Shown here: piece by piece, positions 40,101-47,834 of the stretch
How the letters are laid out: every line of letters starts with the position of its first letter
How positions within the stretch are numbered: the first letter of the stretch is position 1
DNA from: a bacterium
GTDB lineage: Bacteria > Patescibacteriota > Minisyncoccia > Portnoybacterales > GWB1-42-6
Length of the DNA: 64,000 nt
Assembly (NCBI GenBank): GCA_043800535.1
Contig: JAZDMV010000023.1
Location: 111,186-175,185, forward strand
Direction: 5' to 3'
Notes under the pieces: generated by a model
What the model was told of the DNA's origin: nothing
Database searches by the model: none
The model's input: the letters and a program-made list of their open reading frames with translations, nothing else
Translations under genes and position numbers: made by a program

Positions 40101-41011
40101 ACTACTTTTTGGCTCACTAAAATTTCTCCGCTTCTCATGTCTTTTTCTGCCATTATATATTCTTCGCCTTTAGAATCTATTCTATAATATTCCTCAAAAA
40201 TTCCTACAATTTCTTTTCTGTCAGCGATTATTCTTTTATATGCGACGTCATTAATGCTATTAGCGCTAAAAAAATTCTCATTTGAGTATCTGGCAACTTT
40301 CACAAAGCAATCGTCTAAATTTGAACAATAAAAGTTTTCCTGCCGTAAATTTAAATTGTTAATATGCGATAGATCAGTATTCTCTTTTGCCCATTTTTCA
40401 TACGGCTCGCCCGGATCGCCGGCCAGGCCATCAACATGCGTGTCCTGCCGCGTGTGCGCCGGAACTGACATATCTTCTATTAGATGCAGAATATGGCCAA
40501 GCGACTTAAGTGCCTCTTTTTTGTCACCGTTGACGTAATCATAGACAGCTTTCTCAAAAGTCCGGTTGCCTTCGTAGCGCGCGTATTGGCTCTGCAAGCC
40601 CTGGTTATGCAGCCAATCAAGAGCCGAAACAGCACTTTCGGCTGAAAGCCCGATTTCCGACAAAAGCCGCACCATTGCCGGCGAAACACTGCCCAGCCGC
40701 TCGCCCTGCCAGCCAAGACCAGTTGTCGGGTCGTAAAAATGGTTAATCCAGCGTGGCGGTGTATCTTCATTTCGGGCGCCTTCGGCTATCAAGTTGATTT
40801 CCTCGCTGCTTAACGGCCTACCTAATTGGCCATAAATTTCTGCCGACTTTCTAGCTAATGAAGAATGGGTCGGATCCGGCTCATATGCCTGCGCGTAAAA
40901 AAATACAACCGCAAAAACCAACAAAAAAAGCCAAACGCAAAAGCATGGCTTCTTAAATAATGCCCTCCTCATTATTACATAAGCAAAACGTAAATTTTTT
41001 ATTTTGTGCAC
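37193..41011 (-). CDS. Large secreted multidomain protein: N-terminal Zn-dependent phospholipase C-like domain, fibronectin-III-like and lamin-tail (LTD) domains, C-terminal beta-rich repeats
   Basis: N-terminal signal/TM segment. NHFYDP and LHLIEDMSVPAHT match the Zn-PLC signature HxxxDxxxPxH. The LTD motif is NEIAWAGTS...EWIELYN...LTGW...NSGENLRLID. Confidence 0.65.
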   Translation of the reverse strand: MHKIKNLRFAYVIMRRALFKKPCFCVWLFLLVFAVVFFYAQAYEPDPTHSSLARKSAEIYGQLGRPLSSEEINLIAEGARNEDTPPRWINHFYDPTTGLGWQGERLGSVSPAMVRLLSEIGLSAESAVSALDWLHNQGLQSQYARYEGNRTFEKAVYDYVNGDKKEALKSLGHILHLIEDMSVPAHTRQDTHVDGLAGDPGEPYEKWAKENTDLSHINNLNLRQENFYCSNLDDCFVKVARYSNENFFSANSINDVAYKRIIADRKEIVGIFEEYYRIDSKGEEYIMAEKDMRSGEILVSQKVVLSSYWRLLSKQAVLAGTEVIRIFHEEVAKAEKDRNLLKPPPNVSNGMLKFTTGLTAILSARELTPLFSPYGEFIKIWPGIQDIFGQISSAWGTTYNGVSGLFASLFFSTQTQVSQGDTGQVAKPSVVSSPPAATSAQTSKNLVLGTAAPQKPIMPANVIQTDSSGNLPQQPQITEEVFAPETPQISEQIFKLNLPKATSSPLHERAIFHRSSSSDEIGDEQSGTQDESEEPDENSSSPPEISIWLSDYKNAARSFDVNWHSSSTDVASYSVQYKIGSSSAIVWQDWEIATTSESKIFEGSQDLTIYYFRARATNASSSAGEWQEVAASINFYPVVINEIAWAGTSASTSADEWIELYNKTDGTIDLTGWQIAEVVGATTTVANLQNTIAPRSYYLIERGDDGTVSDIVADLAHSFGGSGLSNSGENLRLIDNTGGIIDWADFSIGWPAGTAGPHYLSMERVNPYLAWDVPGNWKSNSTSTRSGINADGRAINGTPKSQNSVFNLEFFYLYPVKETTATSTLLEWTASALPGLEKYKVIRSYDNSFATTSVTDNISATNFRDTTLESETDYYYRIAACDNLDYCVFSNVASTTSVIFPISLAEPEIISGNATTTTSVLPGIVLNSESRPSVIWHFAYTTENTFIAVSNKNSGGSWGEIENIGSEFGPWSYPPQIFIRENNVSVIFDGEVKPRPWGSPPGFDVFYSRYNAGVWEAVQNVSGDGRNNFSPSGVIDQTGSTHIIWQGTVSTTSYVSAILYRKLGADGSFAEAIEKIIDSDYGVTPNIVLDGNGKLHAVWYRCQSGACDGIYYAFNNQDGFGWSEARKIFNFSEVWSLGEKPEMIFNKEGKLLISWEWRVREIRMIEFDGIATSTVQVFSLGDPAEILSLPELILNSSGKPYLIFCANNGVNYEMYMVLQREGGRWRQPRKILEFPFYVRWARGVIDAQNILRLVFYGGAQNYQVYYTSGQVE

Positions 41012-41066
41012 TTTTTTAAATTTTTACCCCAAAACAGAATTAAAAAATCATTTATCTAGCCAAATT

Positions 41067-41603
41067 CTACAAACTGTAAATTTTCCAGATATTAGCGTAC
41101 TTGTTTAATTGAAATGTCACCGTGCCGCTATATGTGCCCGCCTCTAAAATTGCATTCCTGCCAAGAAGTTCGTCAAAATACTCTCTATCTTTTTCCACGA
41201 TAAAAGTAAACGAATATTGTTTCCCATCCTTATCCCAATACTCCTCCTCTTTCATCTCCTCCCATTTCGGCAAATCATCAATATACTTCTGCAATTCGCC
41301 TTTGGCGGCCAAGTCCTGCAATTTGGCTTTTTGCCCGTCTTCTTTCTGAAAATAAAAATAGCGGCTGGCTGATTCCAGGTCTCCACGTTTCAAAGCCGCG
41401 ACATACAAATCGTACGTTTCCTGCGGCGTTGCGCCGCCGTATGTGTCGCTCTTAAAATAACTAGTCAGCTCATTCTCAACTGCCTGCCAGTCACGGCCGA
41501 TCTTCCAGCTTTGATAATAAGGCCAGGCAAAAAAATAAACCACCCAGATAAAGGCGGCCGCAATTAAAATAAAAATCCCGCTTGCAATAATTTTTTTTCG
41601 CAT
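41067..41603 (-). CDS. Hypothetical membrane-anchored protein
   Basis: Single N-terminal TM segment (IIASGIFILIAAAFIWVVYFF) then a charged soluble domain. The start is taken at the internal MRKK. Confidence 0.4.
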   Translation of the reverse strand: MRKKIIASGIFILIAAAFIWVVYFFAWPYYQSWKIGRDWQAVENELTSYFKSDTYGGATPQETYDLYVAALKRGDLESASRYFYFQKEDGQKAKLQDLAAKGELQKYIDDLPKWEEMKEEEYWDKDGKQYSFTFIVEKDREYFDELLGRNAILEAGTYSGTVTFQLNKYANIWKIYSL

Positions 41604-41723
41604 ATTTATTTTCAATCTAAATATAAACCAGCTGATTTTTCCTGCCTCTATTCTAAAACCAATGTCCACCGCTGTCTATCCCCAATTCTTTCTTCCCGCG
41701 GCCACCAATTTCGCAATCTTGCA

Positions 41724-41772
41724 ATCGCACATAAACTCCCGCGCTCGGGAGCACGGAAGTTTATGTCTGATC
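41724..41772. repeat. Palindromic repeat family A copy 2
   Basis: aatcgcacataaactcccgcgctcgggagcacggaagtttatg. It shares the core with copies at 37131 and 42320 and overlaps the stop of 41761-42303. Confidence 0.5.
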
Positions 41773-42303
41773 GTTGATTTTGATAGTTTTGAAAGCCGAA
41801 TTTATTTGCTTATACAGGGCTGATTTTTTATCCATTTTAGCAATCGCAGCTTTTAATCTGTTTTTATTACGGTAATTCGCCGCCTTAATTATTTCTTCCA
41901 AAACAATCTGCGGCCAGTAGTAAGATGGGTACCTCTTTTTTATTTGTTCAAAAGGCGTTTTCTCTCCGTAATTTTTTTTCACTCCTTTATTCTTTTTTGT
42001 CCTTTCTAGTACTAAACGATATCCTTCGCCTGAATATTTTAACCATTCTCCCACCCGCGCTATTTTTGATGCTCCGACTTTCAAATGACGCATTATCTCT
42101 GTATAACCAAATCCGTCAAGCAATAATTCTGCTATCTTTAACCTTTTAGCCAGCATTTCCAGCTCCTGCACAGTGATTAGATCGCGCATAAATTCTGCCG
42201 CTTCAACAGAATCTCGCAGAGACGCCAAAGCTTCACAGAACTGTATCGTCAATCTCTCGATCTCTTCCTTGCTAAGCTTTGAATTTATACTAAATTTATT
42301 CAT
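41761..42303 (-). CDS. TrpR/YerC/YecD-family helix-turn-helix DNA-binding protein
   Basis: EFMRDLITVQELEMLAKRLKIAELLLDGFGYTEIMRHLKVGASKIARV is the TrpR-like HTH. The start is taken at MNKFSIN. Confidence 0.55.
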   Translation of the reverse strand: MNKFSINSKLSKEEIERLTIQFCEALASLRDSVEAAEFMRDLITVQELEMLAKRLKIAELLLDGFGYTEIMRHLKVGASKIARVGEWLKYSGEGYRLVLERTKKNKGVKKNYGEKTPFEQIKKRYPSYYWPQIVLEEIIKAANYRNKNRLKAAIAKMDKKSALYKQINSAFKTIKINDQT

Positions 42304-42319
42304 TTTAACGCCCAAATAT

Positions 42320-42368
42320 AATCGCACAGAAACTCCCACGCTCCCGAGCACGGGAGAAGACGTGCGAT
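42320..42368. repeat. Palindromic repeat family A copy 3
   Basis: atcgcacagaaactcccacgctcccgagcacgggagaagacgtgcgat. It lies between the stop of 42397-44652 and the start of the TrpR-like gene. Confidence 0.45.
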
Positions 42369-42396
42369 AGCGAATTCAGAAAATGACGGAAAATGC

Positions 42397-44652
42397 CTAG
42401 AGGCCGGAAGCTTTCAGAAACTGATCAACGTAATCTTTTTGCGAGGGGTCGATCTCAACCACTTTCAAAGCCGCTTCTTTCGCCTTGTCTCGCTGTCCGT
42501 CTGCCAGATAACTGTCTGCCAAAGCGGCATAGATGTCCGCGTTTTGCGGCGAGAGCTGCAGGCCTTTCAATAAACAAGAGATGGAACGACCAAGATCGTT
42601 ATTGTTCCGCAGAATCATCCCCAGTCTTAAATAATTGCTGGCGGTCAGGGCGTCAGGCCCGAATCTTTGCTGAATATCGGCGAGCTTCGCTTCGCCGTCC
42701 TGTATCCTGCCAATCGCAAAATACATCAATGCTAAATTCCAATGAGGATCAAGAATTTTATCGTTCAGGGCGATCGCTTTTTTGAAAAGCTCCAGCCCCT
42801 CGTCGATTTTGCCAAGCCGCAGTTTCGTCTCCCCAAGCCCGAAATAGAGAAGTTCTTTTGTCGGGCTAAGTTTTAAGGTGTCAGAAAAAATTTCTTCAGC
42901 GCGCACAAGGCGGCTGGCATCCATTGGCACGGCGGCAAGATTCAATTCACCGATGCTCACGGCATAACGGGCGTCCTGCGGCCTTTCTTTTATATTTTTG
43001 TCGCCTTCCTCAAGCGCCAAACGGACAAAATCATCCACCGGCCCTTTATTCTGATATTTGTCGTAACTAGTCATCAGATTTTTTGCTATGTCAAAAAGCT
43101 GAAGCCGCACCTCAAACCGGCCAAAAGTCCCGTAGCTCAATGCTTTTCTAAAATTAGCGTCAACCGCCTGCAGGCTTTCCTGCTGGGCGGCTAAGGCCTT
43201 TATGCCCCAGATCCCCGCCAAAGCCGGCTTAATGTTCAAAAAATAACCAAAGAAAATAAGAACGACAGCCACTGCCACCTGCAGAAAAACATTTGGCCTG
43301 ATAGGATGCGGAGTCGCGACAGCGCGTTTCTCTGATTTACCAATCCAGTCAATAAACGCCAAGAAAGTAAAAAGTGGCAAATAAGAGTAAATCATATCAA
43401 AAACGAAAAAGTCCTGCGCCAGATATCCAAGCGGCAAGATCGCAAAAAGCGCGGCGTTCAGAAAATCAATTCTTTTTTGTTTATAGGCGCGCCAGATAAT
43501 GACCAGAACCAAACCAAAAATAGAAAGAAAACTCAAAAATCCCAAAAAACCAGTTGTAACAAGCGTGTCAAAAACAATGTTGTGCGCCCGGTCAAACCAG
43601 TTCTCAACCGGATAGAGCTGCGGATCGTAGAATTTATTAAACACCACGTTATAGTTTTCCCAGCCCCAGCCCAAGATCGGCCTCTCCTTGACCCCTTCCC
43701 AGCTCATTCCCCAGGCCAGAAGCCGTGTCTGGGAAGTGGTCTCGCTTGCAGAGATATTTGCCAAACGCCGCAGGGTATAGGAGTTCCGGACCCATCCCGA
43801 ATTTTTGAAAACAAAAACTGATGCGGAAAACAGGACAAAACAAATTAAGATCACGGCAGAAATTCTTTTCAGTTTTTTCCTGATTGTAGCAAAAGCAGGC
43901 GTTTCTTCGACGCTTCTCGGCCAAAAAATCATGGCCACAAGGAACAGAATAAGCGAAGCGCCAAAAGCCAGCAAACCGCCTCTGGTCTGCGTCCAGAAAA
44001 GGATCACAAACGCAAAAAGGAAAGCGGCCGCGTAATAGATCCTGGCCAAATTTCGGCGCCGCTGAAAATACATAAAAACGATGAAAAACAGAAGAAACAA
44101 AAGATAGGCGGCAAAATAAGCACCGTTGCCAAAAGTCGCCGAAATTCTGCCAACACCGGCCAGAAAAAATCCCTGAACTCCCAGTTTTTGGAAAAGACCG
44201 ATAAAGCAAAGCGCCAGGCCAGCTGCGATAAAAAAGTCAAAAACCATCAGCCAGTCCTTTTTGGTCTTAAAAACAGAGCTCAAGATCACAAAAAGCGCAA
44301 AATAATGCAGCATGGTGATAAATCCGGTCATTCTTTCATACGAACTCCAGAAGCTTAGGAAAAAATCAACTCCCAAAACGCCGCTCAAAAAAACAATGAA
44401 CATAAAAACGGCGACCACCCAAAAAAGGCGCGAAAGCCGCGGCCGGAATTCCGGGCGATCAAACATCAAAAGAAGCCAGGCAAAAAAAGCGATTTCAACC
44501 AGAACCTGGAAAAGCGCGGTTTTGGGAAAAACAAAAGGAAAAATAAAAGCGTCGCTGACAAAAAGCGGCGTGAAAAAAGAAGCGATAACGGCCGCCTTAA
44601 CAATAAACAGCAAGATTGAATTTTTTGTCCCATTGGAAATTTGGTTGTTCAT
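42397..44652 (-). CDS. O-antigen ligase (Wzy_C) family membrane protein with C-terminal TPR repeats
   Basis: About 12 TM helices. FWTQTRGGLLAFGASL is the Wzy_C loop motif. The C-terminal roughly 250 aa carry TPR-like repeats (ALNDKILDPHWNLALMYFAIGR...). Confidence 0.7.
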   Translation of the reverse strand: MNNQISNGTKNSILLFIVKAAVIASFFTPLFVSDAFIFPFVFPKTALFQVLVEIAFFAWLLLMFDRPEFRPRLSRLFWVVAVFMFIVFLSGVLGVDFFLSFWSSYERMTGFITMLHYFALFVILSSVFKTKKDWLMVFDFFIAAGLALCFIGLFQKLGVQGFFLAGVGRISATFGNGAYFAAYLLFLLFFIVFMYFQRRRNLARIYYAAAFLFAFVILFWTQTRGGLLAFGASLILFLVAMIFWPRSVEETPAFATIRKKLKRISAVILICFVLFSASVFVFKNSGWVRNSYTLRRLANISASETTSQTRLLAWGMSWEGVKERPILGWGWENYNVVFNKFYDPQLYPVENWFDRAHNIVFDTLVTTGFLGFLSFLSIFGLVLVIIWRAYKQKRIDFLNAALFAILPLGYLAQDFFVFDMIYSYLPLFTFLAFIDWIGKSEKRAVATPHPIRPNVFLQVAVAVVLIFFGYFLNIKPALAGIWGIKALAAQQESLQAVDANFRKALSYGTFGRFEVRLQLFDIAKNLMTSYDKYQNKGPVDDFVRLALEEGDKNIKERPQDARYAVSIGELNLAAVPMDASRLVRAEEIFSDTLKLSPTKELLYFGLGETKLRLGKIDEGLELFKKAIALNDKILDPHWNLALMYFAIGRIQDGEAKLADIQQRFGPDALTASNYLRLGMILRNNNDLGRSISCLLKGLQLSPQNADIYAALADSYLADGQRDKAKEAALKVVEIDPSQKDYVDQFLKASGL

Positions 44653-44802
44653 ATTTTTGATAATTATTAATTTTGTTTAGAACAAGTATCAAATTGCTTT
44701 AATTAAAATGAAATAACTCCTTATCGATCAAAAAACGGGATTGCTTCGTCGTCCCGCACTGTGCGGGGCTCCTCGCAATGACATGCTTTATAACTTAATC
44801 TC

Positions 44803-47046
44803 CTATTGCCCCATTTTTTTCCTGACGACTTCAATAAATTTATCCACGGTTTCTTTGGTAGAAGGATTAAGCTCGGCTGATTTTTGCGCTGCTTCAATCG
44901 CCTTTTGGTATTGTCCAGTTTGATAATAAGCGTTGGCCAGAGAGGAATAATAGAGATAGTTGGTTGTGCCGTTCTTTATCACAAGATTAAGCCAGCGAAT
45001 TTCATTCTCTTTGCTTGAAGCCGGCGCAAAAAGCGGCATAAACCTGTCTAAATTTTCCTGGCCCACGTGATGTCCCATATCAATGGCTTTGACAAATGCC
45101 TCTTTGGCATTTTCAAAGTCCTGTTTCTGGAATAGGATCTTTGCCAATTCCCAATAGGAACCGGGGACTTTATCGTTCAGCGCGATCGCTTTTTCAATGA
45201 CACTCTGCGCCGCGTCAAATTTTCCGGCAAACATCAGGTTTTCCATCAAAATATAATAAAGCGTGACGCGGTTGGGGGAGCTGGCGATCGCTTTATCAAT
45301 ATAGATTTTGGCTTCGTCCCTGAAGCGCGTGTCCAGATCAGTGGCATATCGGACGTCAAGCAGTTCGGCCAGCTTATAGTTGTAATAAGTATCGTCCGGC
45401 ACATATCTTAAATTCTGCTTGTGCAGATCAATGGCAAAGTCCAGATCAAATTTCTGGTTGGGGTTTTGGGCCACGGCCGTGTAATAATTATGGATCGCGT
45501 TGGCCGCCACGGTTTTCAGATCCAGGTCCCAGAAAGTGTTATAGGAAACTGATTTTTTCAGATAGCTCATGCCAGCCTGATACGCCTGCTGCTGCTGGCC
45601 TTCATAGGGCTGGAAAAGATAGACCTGGGCCATGACACTGTCTTTGAAGGCCTTATATGGCTTTACGACAAAAAGATTCGTTGAATAGTAAAGACCTGCC
45701 CCAAAAATGATTGCGGCCACAATAACTAAAGCGGGCCGAAATTTTAGCGCCGAAACTTTTTGTGCGCCTGGCTCCTGTTTTTCGTCAGCCCAAAATTTCC
45801 CGACAAAAACTAAGAGTACAGACAAACCAAGCAAGGCGGGCAGAGAGTCAAACAAAAACAGATTCTGGACAAAATACGCGATGACTAGGCCGCCAAAAGC
45901 ACCCAAAAAGACAAAATCCTTGTCTTTTTTGTAGAGCTTGACTACGCAGTAAAAAACGCAGGACAAGAATACAAGATATGTTAGCAGCCCTAAAATTCCG
46001 GTTGCGGCCAGGTGCTCAATTATGACATTGTGCGCTCGGTCAAAATATTCTTCAGCCGCAAAATTATAGTATCTGGCATCAAAATATTTATTGAACGGCT
46101 GGGTAAAATTTTCATATCCCCAGCCAAGCACTGGCTTATCCAAAAACCCCAGCCAACCGGCTTTCCAGGCGATAAGACGGCCTTGGATAGTTGCGTCTCC
46201 GGATGAAAAATGCACGAGCCGATACAAATAGGCACTGTTTTTTATGAAGCCTTGGTTCTGCAGCGCGAAAAACATGCCATACACCGCCACCAAAAAAAGA
46301 AATCCGGCAACCAGGCCCCTGCGCAATTTAGGACTGCCCAAATTTTTGACGATCGCAAAGAAAGCGAAAACAAAACCGACGGCAATTCCCAAAAAAGCAC
46401 CGCGGGTCCCAGTCAGAAAAATAGCCAGGCCGTGAATCGCAAAAACGCCGCCATAAACAACACGCCAGGACCATTTTGAATTTTTCAGGCAGAGATATGC
46501 GGAGAAGAACAAGCCAAAAATAAGATAGGCCGCCAGTTTGGCCGCGTTGCCAAACATGGCAAAAATTCTATTCTCGCCGGCGATGCTGGTCAGCCCAAGT
46601 TTCTGCAAAAGCCCATAGACGGCAACAATAGTGCTGGCCGCCAAAAAAACATTAAGCAAAAAGTTGACTTCTTTTTTTTCACCAAAGATGCTCGTGCCGA
46701 CCAGAAACAAAACAAAGAAATAAAGCATGCCAAACAATCCCGTCATTCTTTCCACGTCCCCCCAGAAACTTAAGAACGGACTGGCGCTAAAAACAGTTGA
46801 AGCCGCCAAAGCCAAAAGATAAAGGCCGAAAGACCCGAGCAAAATGCTGAAGCGCGGCCGTTCTTTTGGAAAAAGCAAAATAAAAACCAGCCAGGCAAAA
46901 AATAAGATGTTGACAACTAGACGGAAAAATAAAGTGCTTGAAGAAACATAAGGGAAAAAAAGATAACGGTCAATCACCAGAGGAGAAAATAAAGAAACAA
47001 AAAATAAAATTTGGAGGATTCGTTTAAAGATATTTTGTTTGGGCAT
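44803..47046 (-). CDS. O-antigen ligase (Wzy_C) family membrane protein with C-terminal TPR repeats (tandem paralog)
   Basis: FLTGTRGAFLGIAVGF is the Wzy_C motif. TPR-like C-terminus (AIALNDKVPGSYWELAKILFQKQDFENAKEAF). Confidence 0.7.
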   Translation of the reverse strand: MPKQNIFKRILQILFFVSLFSPLVIDRYLFFPYVSSSTLFFRLVVNILFFAWLVFILLFPKERPRFSILLGSFGLYLLALAASTVFSASPFLSFWGDVERMTGLFGMLYFFVLFLVGTSIFGEKKEVNFLLNVFLAASTIVAVYGLLQKLGLTSIAGENRIFAMFGNAAKLAAYLIFGLFFSAYLCLKNSKWSWRVVYGGVFAIHGLAIFLTGTRGAFLGIAVGFVFAFFAIVKNLGSPKLRRGLVAGFLFLVAVYGMFFALQNQGFIKNSAYLYRLVHFSSGDATIQGRLIAWKAGWLGFLDKPVLGWGYENFTQPFNKYFDARYYNFAAEEYFDRAHNVIIEHLAATGILGLLTYLVFLSCVFYCVVKLYKKDKDFVFLGAFGGLVIAYFVQNLFLFDSLPALLGLSVLLVFVGKFWADEKQEPGAQKVSALKFRPALVIVAAIIFGAGLYYSTNLFVVKPYKAFKDSVMAQVYLFQPYEGQQQQAYQAGMSYLKKSVSYNTFWDLDLKTVAANAIHNYYTAVAQNPNQKFDLDFAIDLHKQNLRYVPDDTYYNYKLAELLDVRYATDLDTRFRDEAKIYIDKAIASSPNRVTLYYILMENLMFAGKFDAAQSVIEKAIALNDKVPGSYWELAKILFQKQDFENAKEAFVKAIDMGHHVGQENLDRFMPLFAPASSKENEIRWLNLVIKNGTTNYLYYSSLANAYYQTGQYQKAIEAAQKSAELNPSTKETVDKFIEVVRKKMGQ

Positions 47047-47079
47047 TTGTTTATTAGCGCTTAAATTAAATTATGTTTC

Positions 47080-47139
47080 AAAATCTCCCCTAGCCCCTCC
47101 CCGTATCAAGTACGGGGTAAACTCTAAAGGAGGGGAACT
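47080..47139. repeat. Short direct-repeat element (aaatctcccctNNcccctcc ... actctaaaggaRgggaact), left copy flanking DUF559
   Basis: Nested hairpins cccctcc/ggagggg and ccccgta/tacgggg. The same motifs recur at 47549-47581 and 47607-47707. Confidence 0.5.
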
Positions 47140-47174
47140 CGGTCTCCCTCCCTTTAGGGAGGGCTGGGGAGGAT

Positions 47175-47528
47175 TTATATTTCGTTATATATTTTTTCTA
47201 CTACATTCTCAATATTTTTCAAAACGTCCAAGTTTGTAAATCGCAAAATGCGTAAATTTAATCTATTCAAAGATTCTTCCCGTTTTTTATCTTCTTCTAT
47301 ATTTTTATTTTCGTAATGCTGTCCCCCATCAATTTCTATCACAAGCCTAGCATCTTTGCAATAAAAATCAGCGATATAATTGTCTATCGGTTTTTGTCTG
47401 TAAAATTGAAAGTCCTTTATCTGCCGCCTTCTTATCTTTGACCATAATAATTTTTCTGCGTCTGTAGAATTTCTACGCAACTGACGGCTTAGTGATTTAA
47501 GATTTTCGCCGTATGAGAAAAATTCCAT
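47175..47528 (-). CDS. DUF559 endonuclease-domain protein (restriction-endonuclease-like fold)
   Basis: ADFYCKDARLVIEIDGGQH is the signature DUF559 motif. 117 aa. Confidence 0.65.
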   Translation of the reverse strand: MEFFSYGENLKSLSRQLRRNSTDAEKLLWSKIRRRQIKDFQFYRQKPIDNYIADFYCKDARLVIEIDGGQHYENKNIEEDKKREESLNRLNLRILRFTNLDVLKNIENVVEKIYNEI

Positions 47529-47548
47529 TTTAAATCTTGCCGAGTTTA

Positions 47549-47581
47549 AAAAATCTCCCCTAACCCCTCCTAAAGGAGGGG
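47549..47581. repeat. Direct-repeat element, short copy (aaaatctcccctaacccctcc with hairpin)
   Basis: cccctcc taaa ggagggg hairpin. Matches the 5-prime part of the 47080 copy. Confidence 0.45.
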
Positions 47582-47606
47582 AAAATTAAATATGTCCAAA
47601 TTTAAT

Positions 47607-47707
47607 AAATCTCCCCTCGCCCCTCCCTTCGACCCATTCGACTACCGCTCAGGGTGGTGAGCAAAGTTGAACCACAAGCTCAGGACAGACTCTAAAGGAA
47701 GGGAACT
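47607..47707. repeat. Direct-repeat element, right copy flanking DUF559
   Basis: aaatctcccctcgcccctcc ... actctaaaggaagggaact. It matches both ends of the 47080-47139 copy. Confidence 0.45.
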
Positions 47708-47740
47708 TTTAGGGGAACCTAAAAGAAATATACCAAACTT

Positions 47741-47784
47741 TTTTAAAAAAAACAACACCCCGCTAGTCACAAGCAAGCGGGGTG
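47741..47784 (-). terminator. Rho-independent terminator of the surface-protein gene
   Basis: caccccgc(13-nt loop)gcggggtg. On the minus strand it is followed by ttgtttttttt. Confidence 0.6.
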
Positions 47785-47834
47785 TTTTGGAAATAGTCGC
47801 TAAAGAGGGACGACTATTTAATCCTTATTAAGTT

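Noticed and set aside
44752-44766. Short hairpin cccgca-ctg-tgcggg after the second Wzy_C-TPR gene
   Set aside because: Only a 6-bp stem with no adjacent T-run on either strand. The evidence is too weak to call it a terminator.
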